A stretch of DNA of 64,000 nucleotides from an uncultured bacterium (GTDB lineage: Bacteria; Babelota; Babeliae; Babelales; Babelaceae). The notes below the pieces were generated by a model. It saw nothing but the letters and a program-made list of their open reading frames with translations, searched no databases and was not told the origin of the DNA. Positions 39,003-48,988 of the stretch are shown in pieces; the first letter of the stretch is position 1, and the number at the start of each line of letters is the position of its first letter. Where the stretch lies: NCBI GenBank assembly GCA_963819815.1, contig CAWFXL010000001.1, forward strand, positions 1,088,001-1,152,000. The letters run 5' to 3'. The translations under genes and the position numbers were made by a program.

Positions 39003-40211
39003 TTAGCCTAGTATACGACCTTCATAGTAAATTACCAAGAGTGCGAGGGGCATTAAGAGGCAAAGCGATAAACTTATCGACAGATTTGATGCCACAGACT
39101 TGCAATCTCGCGGGAACTGCTCACATTTTTTATAAATTTCGGGCGCAAACTGGAATTTGGTTAATTCCGTTTTATGCTGATCTGTAAACTGTGTTTCCAT
39201 ATCTTTGAGTATCTCCTTCACAATACCTCGAATCGGAAATGAATCAGCTTCTTGAACATTCTCCCAAGCTAATATGAGTTCAAGTAAAGCCGGGAAAATC
39301 TTTGTCCATTTTTGCTTTTCTTGCATTTGCATAAAACCGTACAGAAAACTAGGCAACACAATCTGATACCATTGTCTAGCCTTGAAGCTATCCATAAAAC
39401 CTGGATAGGACCTCTCTAAAAGATTGGGCGAAACAATAAACAAATAACCTAAATCGCTGCCAATATTATCTGCTTTTGCAAGCGTCTGTGCGATAAATTC
39501 ATTATCTATTAAACTGATAAGACCATTGCTCTCATAGAAAATATTGCCATGATGGAAGTCTTTGTGGCTAATCGTTTGATTAATGGTGCCAAGGCTGCTA
39601 TAGAATTTTGCCATAGCATTACCAAGATCATAATAGGCTTTAGAAGCAAAACTAATTAAGTTTTGATCATCAGGGTTACGTTCAAAATCTTCCATTATTG
39701 ACTGGAATCTCACTCCTTGTGCCTTTGGCATGAGTGACATGATATGCTGTCTACCACCGTAGTTATACATTAAGTAGCGGCTAGGAAGTATCAACTGCAG
39801 ATTATCCCGCTTATTGGGGTAGATATAGGGCTGCAGTCTTTGAGCGCTACGTACCTGTTCTAGCCTATCAATTTCTTCAAATTCCCTATCTTTTTTTATC
39901 TTTTTAAGTACGTGTGAGTTACCATTCATACATTCGATTAACCACAATTGATCTGAGCCATAGGATTCTTTAAGCTCTTTTGAAAGGAGTTCTACCTTCT
40001 TTACTTCGTGAAAATCGCTTGGAATTGCTCCTTCTTGAGCCGCCTGTTTCAAAAAAAATACAAGATCTGTATCATCTTTAAAGTTTCCATAGCTATCAAA
40101 TTGAATATGACTTTGAGGGATGATGTCGGCTGGTTCAAGCAAATTGGCTCTCGCTGCGCCCATAAGAGCACCTGCAGCTACTAAAAAAGACATTGCTCGT
40201 AGTTTTTTCAT
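39003..40211 (-). CDS. Protein-kinase-like/APH phosphotransferase with signal peptide and C-terminal TM segment
   Basis: VLKK, HKDFHHGNIF, LIDNE, DLG motifs. Confidence 0.7.
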   Translation of the reverse strand: MKKLRAMSFLVAAGALMGAARANLLEPADIIPQSHIQFDSYGNFKDDTDLVFFLKQAAQEGAIPSDFHEVKKVELLSKELKESYGSDQLWLIECMNGNSHVLKKIKKDREFEEIDRLEQVRSAQRLQPYIYPNKRDNLQLILPSRYLMYNYGGRQHIMSLMPKAQGVRFQSIMEDFERNPDDQNLISFASKAYYDLGNAMAKFYSSLGTINQTISHKDFHHGNIFYESNGLISLIDNEFIAQTLAKADNIGSDLGYLFIVSPNLLERSYPGFMDSFKARQWYQIVLPSFLYGFMQMQEKQKWTKIFPALLELILAWENVQEADSFPIRGIVKEILKDMETQFTDQHKTELTKFQFAPEIYKKCEQFPRDCKSVASNLSISLSLCLLMPLALLVIYYEGRILG

Positions 40212-40550
40212 CGAATTTTACTTTCTTTGTACATTTCTAAACTAATTATAGAAAAAAATATTAAAAACAGTCAATAATTATCAACATATTAAGCCGACTA
40301 ATAGCACACCTGGAAGCATAGCAATGAAGCAATCCAAAATTGCAGGATTGAGAAAACCTCTGGACAAATAATTTCACCCATCTAACCCTCTTTTAAAAAC
40401 TTGAGAAGTTTGCATCAAGATCGTTCCCAAAGCATCTAAGCATTTGATAGCGCACATGCGAGTATCTCAAGTTTTTTTGACGCATTCTCTCAGTATGATA
40501 AGCTTAAGCAAGATGGGTCCATAACTATTCATAAGATGCAGGGGTTTATC

Positions 40551-41693
40551 ATGAGTGCATTACGAGTCGGTGTATTGATGGGAGGCCGAGGAAGTGAGCG
40601 CGAAGTATCACTCAATTCAGGGCGTACCATTTGTGATCATTTAGATACGTTTCGCTACATGATTATTCCTCTCTTTCAACGACCTGATGGCTCCCTGTAT
40701 ATTTTACCATGGCGCTTTCTTCATAGAGGTAAAACCACCGACTTTGAGCACCGTCTTGAAAAAGAGGCGGAAAGAATCACTTGGGATTCGCTAAAAGAAC
40801 GTATCGACTTTATGTATACAGCTATGCATGGACGATATGCAGAAGATGGAACCCTACAAGGATTTTTGGAAGTGCTTGGTATCCCCTATCTTGGATCAAA
40901 GGTATTTGCAAGCGCCCTCGGCATGGACAAGATCATGCAGAAAAAGTTCCTCAGAGCAGCCGGCATAACTGTTCCTCAAGACATCATCGTAAAACCACAT
41001 GAGATACCAATGTACCTGCAAGATCCTTCATCGCTCTATAAGAAGATTGATCACATTGGCTATCCTTGCATCGCGAAGCCTCATAAAGAAGGATCAAGTA
41101 TGGGAATTAGCGTTGTCCATACTCAAGAAGAGCTTCTTCCTGCGATTACAAAAGCCTCTCAAGCCGATGCCTATAAGGATCAAGCGGTGCTTGTAGAAGA
41201 ATATATCGAAGGTATGGAGTTTTCATGTATTACCATCACCGACCAAAAAGGTATAATCAGACCACTCCCTCCAACCGAAATCGTCTGTGACCCTTCAACT
41301 ACTTTCTTTGATTATGAGCAGAAGTATATGCCAGGTAAATCAACAAAGTTCACACCTGCACGCTGCTCAGCGGAGCTCCTTAAAAAAGTTCAAGATACAG
41401 CTATTGCGGTAACTCAAGCCCTTCATTTTAGGACAATTTCTCGTATTGATGGGTTTGTTACGAAAGATGGCCGCATCGTTATTACGGACCCTAACTCGTT
41501 AGCGGGCATGGCTCCTTCAAGCTTTGTCTTTCGACAAGCAGCAGAATGCAATTTAAGCCATACAGACTTTATTAATTATCTCATTGAAACTGAGCTCTCT
41601 CAGTACGGCATGCTTTCAGAACTCTTACAACACGAGCATACACAGCGAGCATCTATGAAACAGCTAGAAAAAAAAGAGTCGGAGTCCTCTTAG
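40551..41693 (+). CDS. ddl: D-alanine--D-alanine ligase, first domain of a tandem double Ddl
   Basis: GGRGSEREVSLNSG, MHGRYAEDG, MDK, GSS, DYEQKY, RIDGF, DPNSLAG. Confidence 0.9.
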   Translation: MSALRVGVLMGGRGSEREVSLNSGRTICDHLDTFRYMIIPLFQRPDGSLYILPWRFLHRGKTTDFEHRLEKEAERITWDSLKERIDFMYTAMHGRYAEDGTLQGFLEVLGIPYLGSKVFASALGMDKIMQKKFLRAAGITVPQDIIVKPHEIPMYLQDPSSLYKKIDHIGYPCIAKPHKEGSSMGISVVHTQEELLPAITKASQADAYKDQAVLVEEYIEGMEFSCITITDQKGIIRPLPPTEIVCDPSTTFFDYEQKYMPGKSTKFTPARCSAELLKKVQDTAIAVTQALHFRTISRIDGFVTKDGRIVITDPNSLAGMAPSSFVFRQAAECNLSHTDFINYLIETELSQYGMLSELLQHEHTQRASMKQLEKKESESS

Positions 41694-42805
41694 GTGGACG
41701 TAATCATGAGAGAGAGGTCTCTTTAGACTCAGGACGTAATATCTTTTACAAACTTTCTCCTGTCAAATATGAGCCTATAGCTTTATTCGTTTCAAAAGAT
41801 CTCGAGCTCTTTAAAATCGACCAAAATCTCCTCGTGCGTAATTCAACCAAAGAAATTGCGCTCGCCCTTACTCCCGATATGAAAATTGCCTGGAATGATC
41901 TTTCTGCACTCGTCGATTTTGTGTTCATTGGACTGCATGGCGATGCAGGAGAAAATGGAAGTGTTCAGGGCACCCTTGAAATGCTTGGGGTGCCTTATAA
42001 TGGTTCTTCAGTACTTGCAAGCGCTCTCTGTATAGACAAATATGCAACGGGACAATTTCTTAAAAGTGAAGGCTTTGATGTTCCTGTACAATATCTTATA
42101 GAAAGAAAACAGTGGGAAACCTCTCAAGACGAGGTCCTTCAAACCCTTGATGCTCTCTATAAGAACAAGTCATTAATTATTAAGCCTTATGATGATGGCT
42201 GCAGTGTTATGGTAGCGCAAGCTCGCACCAGGGAAGAAAAAATACAGGCGATCAGTACAATCTTTAATGATGGCAAGTCACATGCCCTTGTAGAAGACCT
42301 TATTCAAGGAATGGAATTAACTGTTGGAGTCATAGGAAATGCAATTCCACGAGCATTACCGCCAAGCCAAGCTATATCAGCACATGCTGTCCTCTCTATG
42401 GAAGAAAAGTTCCTCCCTGGAGCCGGCGAAAACCAAACTCCCGCCCCTATACCCCAGCACGCTCAAACCTTTGTTAAAAAGATCCTAGAAGAAGCGTATG
42501 CAGCACTTGACTGCAAAGGATATGTTCGTATCGACTGCTTTTACCAAGCAGCTCAAGAAAGCCCCACGGGCTCTGAAAGGCTCGTTATCCTCGAAGTCAA
42601 TACACTCCCCGCACTTACCCCCGCAACCTGTATCTTCCACCAAGCTGCCGAAATCGGCTTGAATCCTATGGAATTTATTGACCTGATTGTCGAGTTCGGG
42701 TTTGACGAGCATAGCCGGCGGGGAATTGTAGTGGCTACTGACACATCCATGCATAGCCGCTCAACTAGTATGGCTATGAACCCGCCGGCCCTCGAGACTC
42801 TCTAG
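41663..42805 (+). CDS. ddl: Second Ddl domain, in the -1 frame after an A8 run and lacking its own start codon
   Basis: -1 frame reads KKRVGVLLGGRNHEREVSLDSG...LHGDAGENG...RIDCF...EVNTLP; no ATG between the upstream in-frame stop (41591) and the domain start. Confidence 0.8.
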   Translation, partial: ARKKRVGVLLGGRNHEREVSLDSGRNIFYKLSPVKYEPIALFVSKDLELFKIDQNLLVRNSTKEIALALTPDMKIAWNDLSALVDFVFIGLHGDAGENGSVQGTLEMLGVPYNGSSVLASALCIDKYATGQFLKSEGFDVPVQYLIERKQWETSQDEVLQTLDALYKNKSLIIKPYDDGCSVMVAQARTREEKIQAISTIFNDGKSHALVEDLIQGMELTVGVIGNAIPRALPPSQAISAHAVLSMEEKFLPGAGENQTPAPIPQHAQTFVKKILEEAYAALDCKGYVRIDCFYQAAQESPTGSERLVILEVNTLPALTPATCIFHQAAEIGLNPMEFIDLIVEFGFDEHSRRGIVVATDTSMHSRSTSMAMNPPALETL

Positions 42806-43488
42806 AAGTAACTCTTGGCATAGGATAGGCGCTTTTTCTTATATCAGTTTCGTTGATAGCACCCATCTTTTTGCTCATTGCCATTTCTCCAACTACTGCC
42901 AAGCAGAGAAAGATGCCCTGTATTGCTAAATATGCCTGGCTAGCAACTGGCAATAAAACTAGGGTGGCAACATTCGGCTTCACGATGCTCCCACCCAGTT
43001 TTAGAAGGGAAAGAATCTCACAGTTCTTATTGATTTTCCGATTGGTTAGCACATTTTTTCTATCCATCAAAGTACCCTCATCGCTTTCTGCCTGAGAAGT
43101 TAATAGATTTTTTTATCCATGTCTAGCAGAATCTTTAACCTCTCAAAGAAGATTTAGACCCTCTCAAAAAGAATAATGGAAAAATAAGCCCTTTTTGATA
43201 AAGCTTACAATGTGAATTATAATTGAAAAAAACCACCCTATGCCCGCGTGGGGCCTTGAAGAAATACAGGATTGATACAGTCCAAAAACCTGCTTTCATG
43301 ATTGATACGCCAATTACCTATAAATCCCTTCTTGGATCTCCTCTGGTAATGGGAGCAAATCGGCATTTCGGCCATGCTTGGCCTCTCTTTGGTACGATTA
43401 TATATGAGGCTATTGAACAATGCATAGAAGATTTAGTATACTCTTATATGTGAATGAATAAGAAAAGAAATATTAGGGAGAATGTTTC

Positions 43489-44145
43489 ATGATGAATCGT
43501 TTAACACTCATCCTCTGGGGACTCGTACTCAGTATGACCTCTGCTGCTTGCAGCATGGAGAGAAATAGCCGATTTTCTTACTCATATGACCATATCAACT
43601 CATGGTCTTTCTTAGAAGAGCTTGTAGTCAGCCAGCCACAGCGCTCGGTTAATGCTTGGTTTGGCCGAGGTGGTATTTCAGTTCTTGCTTCTCTTGGCGC
43701 AGGCTATCTCACCTATCTTGGCTCAAAGCAACTTTTTGACCATGCTAGTAAAGTGGGCAAAGTAGCTTCAGTTGGTGCTGGTCTTGGTGTTGGTTTCATG
43801 AGCTACTCTGCACTCCAAACATATCTTCTTAACCGAGCAGAACGAAACCAGATCCTCATGATCATGAAGTTATGGAATCAACTACGAGATAGAATTCCCT
43901 ACGAAGTATGGCCTATGCTCGATATTCTCTACAATAGTTATCTGAACGATAAGACATTATTCGAAAGCCAAATTGATGAAACACTGAGCTATCTCAAAGC
44001 TGAAGTGTATGGCAAATTCCCCAGTCGCTATAAAACTACCAGTGAATCATTCTTCACCAGCAGAAACTTAAGCGTCCAAATACGCGTAAATCTGTATAAG
44101 TTCCTAACAAAGGGCTTTGTGCTTCTTAAAGAACTTTTAAATTAG
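43489..44145 (+). CDS. Hypothetical membrane protein
   Basis: Signal peptide plus two glycine-rich TM helices; GGGAG RBS. Confidence 0.65.
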   Translation: MMNRLTLILWGLVLSMTSAACSMERNSRFSYSYDHINSWSFLEELVVSQPQRSVNAWFGRGGISVLASLGAGYLTYLGSKQLFDHASKVGKVASVGAGLGVGFMSYSALQTYLLNRAERNQILMIMKLWNQLRDRIPYEVWPMLDILYNSYLNDKTLFESQIDETLSYLKAEVYGKFPSRYKTTSESFFTSRNLSVQIRVNLYKFLTKGFVLLKELLN

Positions 44146-45473
44146 CGAGCCTGCTTAAACTTCAGTATATGTGGATAGGTAAAGGCCAGATATAAAAGGC
44201 CGAGAAGATTTGGTACTGCAACCAATACTAAAATAACGTCCATAAGATTCCAAATGAGAGGCACAGCTACTAAAGCCCCACTAAATGCAATCATCGAAGC
44301 ACCAATATAATACGCACGAACATATCTATAATTGGTAAATGCGGCGAAACTCTGGCTTCCATTATAAGTATTACCAATAAGTGCAGTAATAACAAAAAGA
44401 AGTATGCTAACCATCAGAGCATATTGGGCACCAGGAAGCGCATGCATTTTAAAGGCCTCAAAAATAAGCGTATTATTGAGCCTATCTTTCAGGAGCCAAA
44501 CTCCAGTCACTAACGTCAATAATCCCGAAAGGGTACATAAAAGAATATCAGCGATACCTGAATAAAGAGCTAAAATACCCTGATCAGTTGGATGTTCAAC
44601 ATTAGCAAGGGCATGGGGTATAGATGAAGTACCTAGCCCAGCTTCCGTAATAAAAATACTTTTATAAATACCTTCCCTCATTGCAGCAAATACCGTTAAA
44701 CCAAGCGCTCCTCCAGCTAGTGCTGGTTCTGAGAAAGCATGAGCAAACACGGAACCAAGAGCAGGTAGGACGGCAGCATAATTCTTAATAAGAATGATCA
44801 AAGCAAAGCCTACATAGAGAAAAAATTTAATTGGCACGGCCCGACTTGCAAAATAGCCGATCCGATCAACCCCGCCAAGAACTACTACAAGCAGAATGAA
44901 CACGGCAAGAAGACCGGTCACCCAATGAGGTATTCCTTCCTGTGCCCATATACACGAGAGTGTATTAACCTGAACGCTTGACCAGCAGGTAAAAAGCAAA
45001 ATAGTGAGCCCCGCATACCATCGACCCAAGGAAGGCGTTATGAGAGCTAAGTATTGCGATGGGCCACCAATAATATCCCCTTTTAACGAGGTAGTGCGCG
45101 AATAAACTGCATAGCATACTTCCGTATATTTAGTTACTGCCCCCACACAAATATACAGCACCATCCAGAAGAGAGCTCCCGGCCCACCTATACTAATAGC
45201 CATTGAGGGACCAACTATATTACCCATACCAAGTGTAGTTGCCATGGCACTAAATAAGGCGCGAATTGGACTAATCGTATGAGCACCTGTATGGCCCTTT
45301 TGAATACCACTCTTGAGTAAATAGAGAAAGCGAGGGAAAGCACGAATTTGAATAAAACCGGTTTTAATGGTGAGGATAATTCCCGTCGCAAGGAAAAGAG
45401 CGATCGTGGGTATCGCTAAATAGGCATTAATAGTAGAGAGAACAGAATAGCATGTAGTTTGAATATCGATCAC
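44142..45473 (-). CDS. Alanine/glycine:cation symporter (AGCS family)
   Basis: GMGNIVG, GGPGALFWM, GGP, EAGLGT, NLMD...PNL. Confidence 0.92.
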   Translation of the reverse strand: MIDIQTTCYSVLSTINAYLAIPTIALFLATGIILTIKTGFIQIRAFPRFLYLLKSGIQKGHTGAHTISPIRALFSAMATTLGMGNIVGPSMAISIGGPGALFWMVLYICVGAVTKYTEVCYAVYSRTTSLKGDIIGGPSQYLALITPSLGRWYAGLTILLFTCWSSVQVNTLSCIWAQEGIPHWVTGLLAVFILLVVVLGGVDRIGYFASRAVPIKFFLYVGFALIILIKNYAAVLPALGSVFAHAFSEPALAGGALGLTVFAAMREGIYKSIFITEAGLGTSSIPHALANVEHPTDQGILALYSGIADILLCTLSGLLTLVTGVWLLKDRLNNTLIFEAFKMHALPGAQYALMVSILLFVITALIGNTYNGSQSFAAFTNYRYVRAYYIGASMIAFSGALVAVPLIWNLMDVILVLVAVPNLLGLLYLAFTYPHILKFKQAR

Positions 45474-45491
45474 AACTTTCCTTTTCTCTGT

Positions 45492-46091
45492 TTATAACCG
45501 CTTTGCAAGTACCGATAGGGCCTGCTTAAGAAGCTCATCAAATGAGCTTGACTCAAGGTTTGCATGTTTGTTTATAAAATCAAGGGCTTGAGAGACCTCT
45601 GAGTGCTTATAATGCAGTGCAGTAAGAGCTGCCGATATCTGTTTAACTTTATGAAGGCCGGCATGTTGTGCTGGCTGAAATTCTTCAGGGGCTATCTTAG
45701 CCACTTTATCCTTGAGTTGCATGATGATGAGCTCTGCTTTCTTCGGGCCAATACCATGCACTTGGCTTAAGGCTTGCGCATCACCCGTCACCACAATCTG
45801 CAGAAATTGATAGGGTGGCATAGCGCTCAGAACGGCTAATCCAATTTTAGGACCACAACCGGTACAGCTCACAATGTTCTGGAATACCATTTTAGCACTT
45901 AAGGAATCAAACCCATACAACTGGGGTCCATTATCCTGGCTCCAATGAGTATACACCTGTAAGATAACCTGCTGATCTTTCTTGTACAGTCGATCATCGC
46001 ATACCGCAATTGCATACCCGATACCGTGAACGTCAACAGTAATGAGCTGATGAGCTTTATCTATAATGGTACCTCGAACATACGCTATCAT
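45492..46091 (-). CDS. ruvA: Holliday junction branch migration protein RuvA
   Basis: MIAYVRG, VHGIGY, LYGF, HhH motifs GCGPK and GIGPKKAE, LKDK. Confidence 0.95.
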   Translation of the reverse strand: MIAYVRGTIIDKAHQLITVDVHGIGYAIAVCDDRLYKKDQQVILQVYTHWSQDNGPQLYGFDSLSAKMVFQNIVSCTGCGPKIGLAVLSAMPPYQFLQIVVTGDAQALSQVHGIGPKKAELIIMQLKDKVAKIAPEEFQPAQHAGLHKVKQISAALTALHYKHSEVSQALDFINKHANLESSSFDELLKQALSVLAKRL

Positions 46092-46346
46092 ACTGTTTTT
46101 CCTCTATGGAAAGTATCTTTCACCGTTGCTAGATCACTATGCCTTTTAAGAATACTGTTTTTTCAATATCTCTCAATAGAAAAGCTACTCTTTCGTTCCA
46201 AAGATCCTATTGCTCATCAATCATAAGGCCCAAGATCCTGGCATATGAAGCTATTAAGAACCAGCACCTTCTCTATAAGCTCGCAATAATCGCACTATTC
46301 CACTCATTGACCAATCTGTTTCATTGTGATACTGTGATAGGTATGC

Positions 46347-46422
46347 GCGGGAATAGCTCAGCTGGTAGAGCGTTGCCTTGCCAAGGCAAAGGTCGCGGGT
46401 TCGAATCCCGTTTCCCGCTCCA
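46347..46422 (+). tRNA. tRNA-Gly (GCC)
   Basis: GCGGGAA/TTCCCGC acceptor stem, TTGCC-TTGCCAA-GGCAA anticodon arm, GGTTCGAATC, encoded CCA, 76 nt. Confidence 0.97.
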
Positions 46423-46472
46423 GTATCATAGACACTGTGCCCCCTCATTACATGTTACCATCAAAGGGACCT

Positions 46473-47057
46473 ATGAAATCACTCATGGAAGAAGCTTCAT
46501 CGATCAGCAAAGCTATCGAAAAAGGCTGGACAAATGCAGGCAAACCTAAAGAATTTACGATTAAGGTGTATGAAGAGCCACAGAGAAACTTTATCGGAAT
46601 GACCATCCGTCCTGCTAAAATTGGCATATTTTTTACCGAACCAATTAAGCAGGCCATCGATACTCGGCGAATCAAACCAAAGGCTCCTGCACCTGCACAG
46701 CAGCCAAGAGTCATTGAACGAATAAAAGAAGAACCAAGAAGAGAAACTAAACCTCTTGAAGAAAGACCGCCCAAAAAACTGGAAGACTTAGGACCTATAT
46801 GGAGCGACGAGATGGTCAGCTCAGGAAAAGAATGGGTCACCGAACTACTCAAATACATGGGGTTTGGCCATATATCATTTACGATAGAGCCGGTACGTTT
46901 CCATCTGAGAATCAACTTTCAACAGGGCCTTATTGAAGATAAAGAAAAACAAAAACATCTCTTTGCAGTTCTTTCAGGACTGCTTTTAACCATGCTTAAG
47001 CGCCAATGTAAACGACCTCTTCGCGGTTATAAAGTTGTGCTTACAGAGGAGTCCTAA
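46473..47057 (+). CDS. jag: Jag/EloR N-terminal domain protein (short, no R3H)
   Basis: SISKAIEKG...IKVYEEP..NFIG..RPAKI Jag_N signature; directly upstream of mnmE. Confidence 0.7.
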   Translation: MKSLMEEASSISKAIEKGWTNAGKPKEFTIKVYEEPQRNFIGMTIRPAKIGIFFTEPIKQAIDTRRIKPKAPAPAQQPRVIERIKEEPRRETKPLEERPPKKLEDLGPIWSDEMVSSGKEWVTELLKYMGFGHISFTIEPVRFHLRINFQQGLIEDKEKQKHLFAVLSGLLLTMLKRQCKRPLRGYKVVLTEES

Positions 47058-47067
47058 CGGTGATCAT

Positions 47068-48441
47068 ATGCTATCGCATGACGATGAGTGCATAGTTGCG
47101 CAGTGCACTCCCCAAGGAACAGGTGCTCTTGCGTTACTCAGGATTAGCGGTACTTCTGTACGTACACTTGTCAATGACATCGTACATCTTGCTTCTCAAA
47201 AATATATTACTGAGGTTCCTACCCATACCATTCATTACGGTTCTATCATCGATGATGCCGGATCTCTTATTGATCAGGTTATGGTTATCGTTATGGATGC
47301 GCCACGAACCTTTACTGGTCAAGACGTTATAGAGATTACCTGCCATAACAACCCTTTTTTAATTGAATCGATCATTAACCAGATCATCAAACGGGGCGCG
47401 CGACTTGCCGAGGTAGGCGAATTTACTCGTCGAGCATTTCAAGCTGGTAAACTGGATCTTGTTCAAGCTGAAGCGATACATGAGCTCATAGGAGCTCAAA
47501 CCCAACATGCACTTAAAGCATCCTTAGCGCAGCTTGAAGGAAGCTTATCAAACTGGATTCATGCACTTGAGAAAGAGCTTTTACAGGCAATTGCCTGGTG
47601 TGAAGCAAGCTTTGAATTCTTAGATGAAGAGGTGGAGTTTGGCGTCCGTATACAGCAACGGCTTGAAAGCCTACTTACTAGAATTAAAACCTTAAGGCGT
47701 ACCTTCAATACTCAGCAGCAGATTCGTCAAGGAATTAGGATTGCTCTCATAGGCTCAGTTAACACCGGTAAATCTTCCCTTTTTAATATGCTACTTCATC
47801 AGAAGCGAGCTATTGTTACCGACATTGCCGGCACCACTCGTGATTCGATCGAGGCCGGTCTTACTATCCAGGGCAACCATTGGACCCTGGTAGATACTGC
47901 AGGGCTGAGAAGTACCAAGGACATCATAGAGCAAGAAGGAATAAAGCGCTCTCATGAAGAAGCAAAGAAGGCGGACATCATTCTCTTAGTAGTTGATGGA
48001 AGTCGCCCTCTTACCGACCAGGAATATGCTGCCTACGTAGATTTACAGAAAACCTATGCCTCAAAGTGTATCCTGGTCCATAATAAAGCAGATTGTCTTT
48101 CGTCTGAAAGCAACCAACTTTTACTACATTGTCCGATTAAAGTTTCTGCGATGAGAGATACAGACCGAGAGCTCCTTGAAAATGCTATCCAGAAAAAGAT
48201 AGTTGAGTTATTTACAGAACTAGATTCACCCTACTTACTCAATGCAAGGCAACATAAGCTCCTTGTAGATCTTGAAGCCAAGCTTACACATATTCATGAT
48301 CACATGTTTCAGAGTCCACAGTACGAACTTATTTCATATCACTTACAAGACGCCCTCACCACTCTGAGTGAACTCACAGGCAAGGCAATCAGTGAAGCTG
48401 CTCTCGACACCGTCTTTAAAGAATTCTGCGTCGGTAAATAG
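47068..48441 (+). CDS. mnmE: tRNA modification GTPase MnmE
   Basis: RISG, TFTGQD, GEFTRRAF, GSVNTGKSS, GTTRD, DTAG, NKAD, FCVGK C-terminus. Confidence 0.97.
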   Translation: MLSHDDECIVAQCTPQGTGALALLRISGTSVRTLVNDIVHLASQKYITEVPTHTIHYGSIIDDAGSLIDQVMVIVMDAPRTFTGQDVIEITCHNNPFLIESIINQIIKRGARLAEVGEFTRRAFQAGKLDLVQAEAIHELIGAQTQHALKASLAQLEGSLSNWIHALEKELLQAIAWCEASFEFLDEEVEFGVRIQQRLESLLTRIKTLRRTFNTQQQIRQGIRIALIGSVNTGKSSLFNMLLHQKRAIVTDIAGTTRDSIEAGLTIQGNHWTLVDTAGLRSTKDIIEQEGIKRSHEEAKKADIILLVVDGSRPLTDQEYAAYVDLQKTYASKCILVHNKADCLSSESNQLLLHCPIKVSAMRDTDRELLENAIQKKIVELFTELDSPYLLNARQHKLLVDLEAKLTHIHDHMFQSPQYELISYHLQDALTTLSELTGKAISEAALDTVFKEFCVGK

Positions 48442-48476
48442 CATAAACTTCACGTAGACCTAGAAGTATCACCATA

Positions 48477-48965
48477 TTAGCGGATGAGCATGATTAGGGC
48501 CATTGCAGCCATTAAAAGGTCTTCAAAGAGGGTCACATACGTCATAGGAATCTTAAACACCGTTCCCAAGCAAGCACACATTATCGTTCTTTTTTGTGCT
48601 AGTTCCTGAGCAACTCCAATACTGCTCACAAGCATGAGCACTAGGGTAACCCAATTAGTGATGATCGGATAGAGATGTCCGATATAGGCAATACCCAAAC
48701 CGATCTCAATAAAAGGGTAACTGTAAGCATAGAGCGTACTTCGTTGTGCAAGGATGTCATAGGTAGCATACGCTTCAGCAAATTCCTTGAGCTTGAGAAG
48801 TTTAAAACTCCCAAAAATAAGAAAAAAGCTCCCCATGAAATCATTCATTGCTTCATGGAGATCCCACCCAAAAATCCACCGCCGAAGTAAGCTAAAACAG
48901 AGAATTATGCAGAAAATACTTATGAGAGGCAAAAAGTCTTTTAATCTATAGGTACCTTGCTTCAT
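48477..48965 (-). CDS. MauE/DoxX-like membrane protein
   Basis: FKLL...FA..Y..YDILA, YPFIE, CACLG, TLFED. Confidence 0.75.
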   Translation of the reverse strand: MKQGTYRLKDFLPLISIFCIILCFSLLRRWIFGWDLHEAMNDFMGSFFLIFGSFKLLKLKEFAEAYATYDILAQRSTLYAYSYPFIEIGLGIAYIGHLYPIITNWVTLVLMLVSSIGVAQELAQKRTIMCACLGTVFKIPMTYVTLFEDLLMAAMALIMLIR

Positions 48966-48988
48966 CGCTCACCCTCCTTATATAATTC

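Noticed and set aside
42714..42789. tRNA call for the 76-nt paired segment
   Set aside because: No TTC T-loop, D-loop or anticodon arm on either strand
42774..43453. Short ORFs between ddl and 43489
   Set aside because: No recognisable motifs; overlapping alternatives on both strands; coding status cannot be supported
46139..46549. ORFs overlapping 46347..46422 on both strands
   Set aside because: Spurious translations across tRNA-Gly
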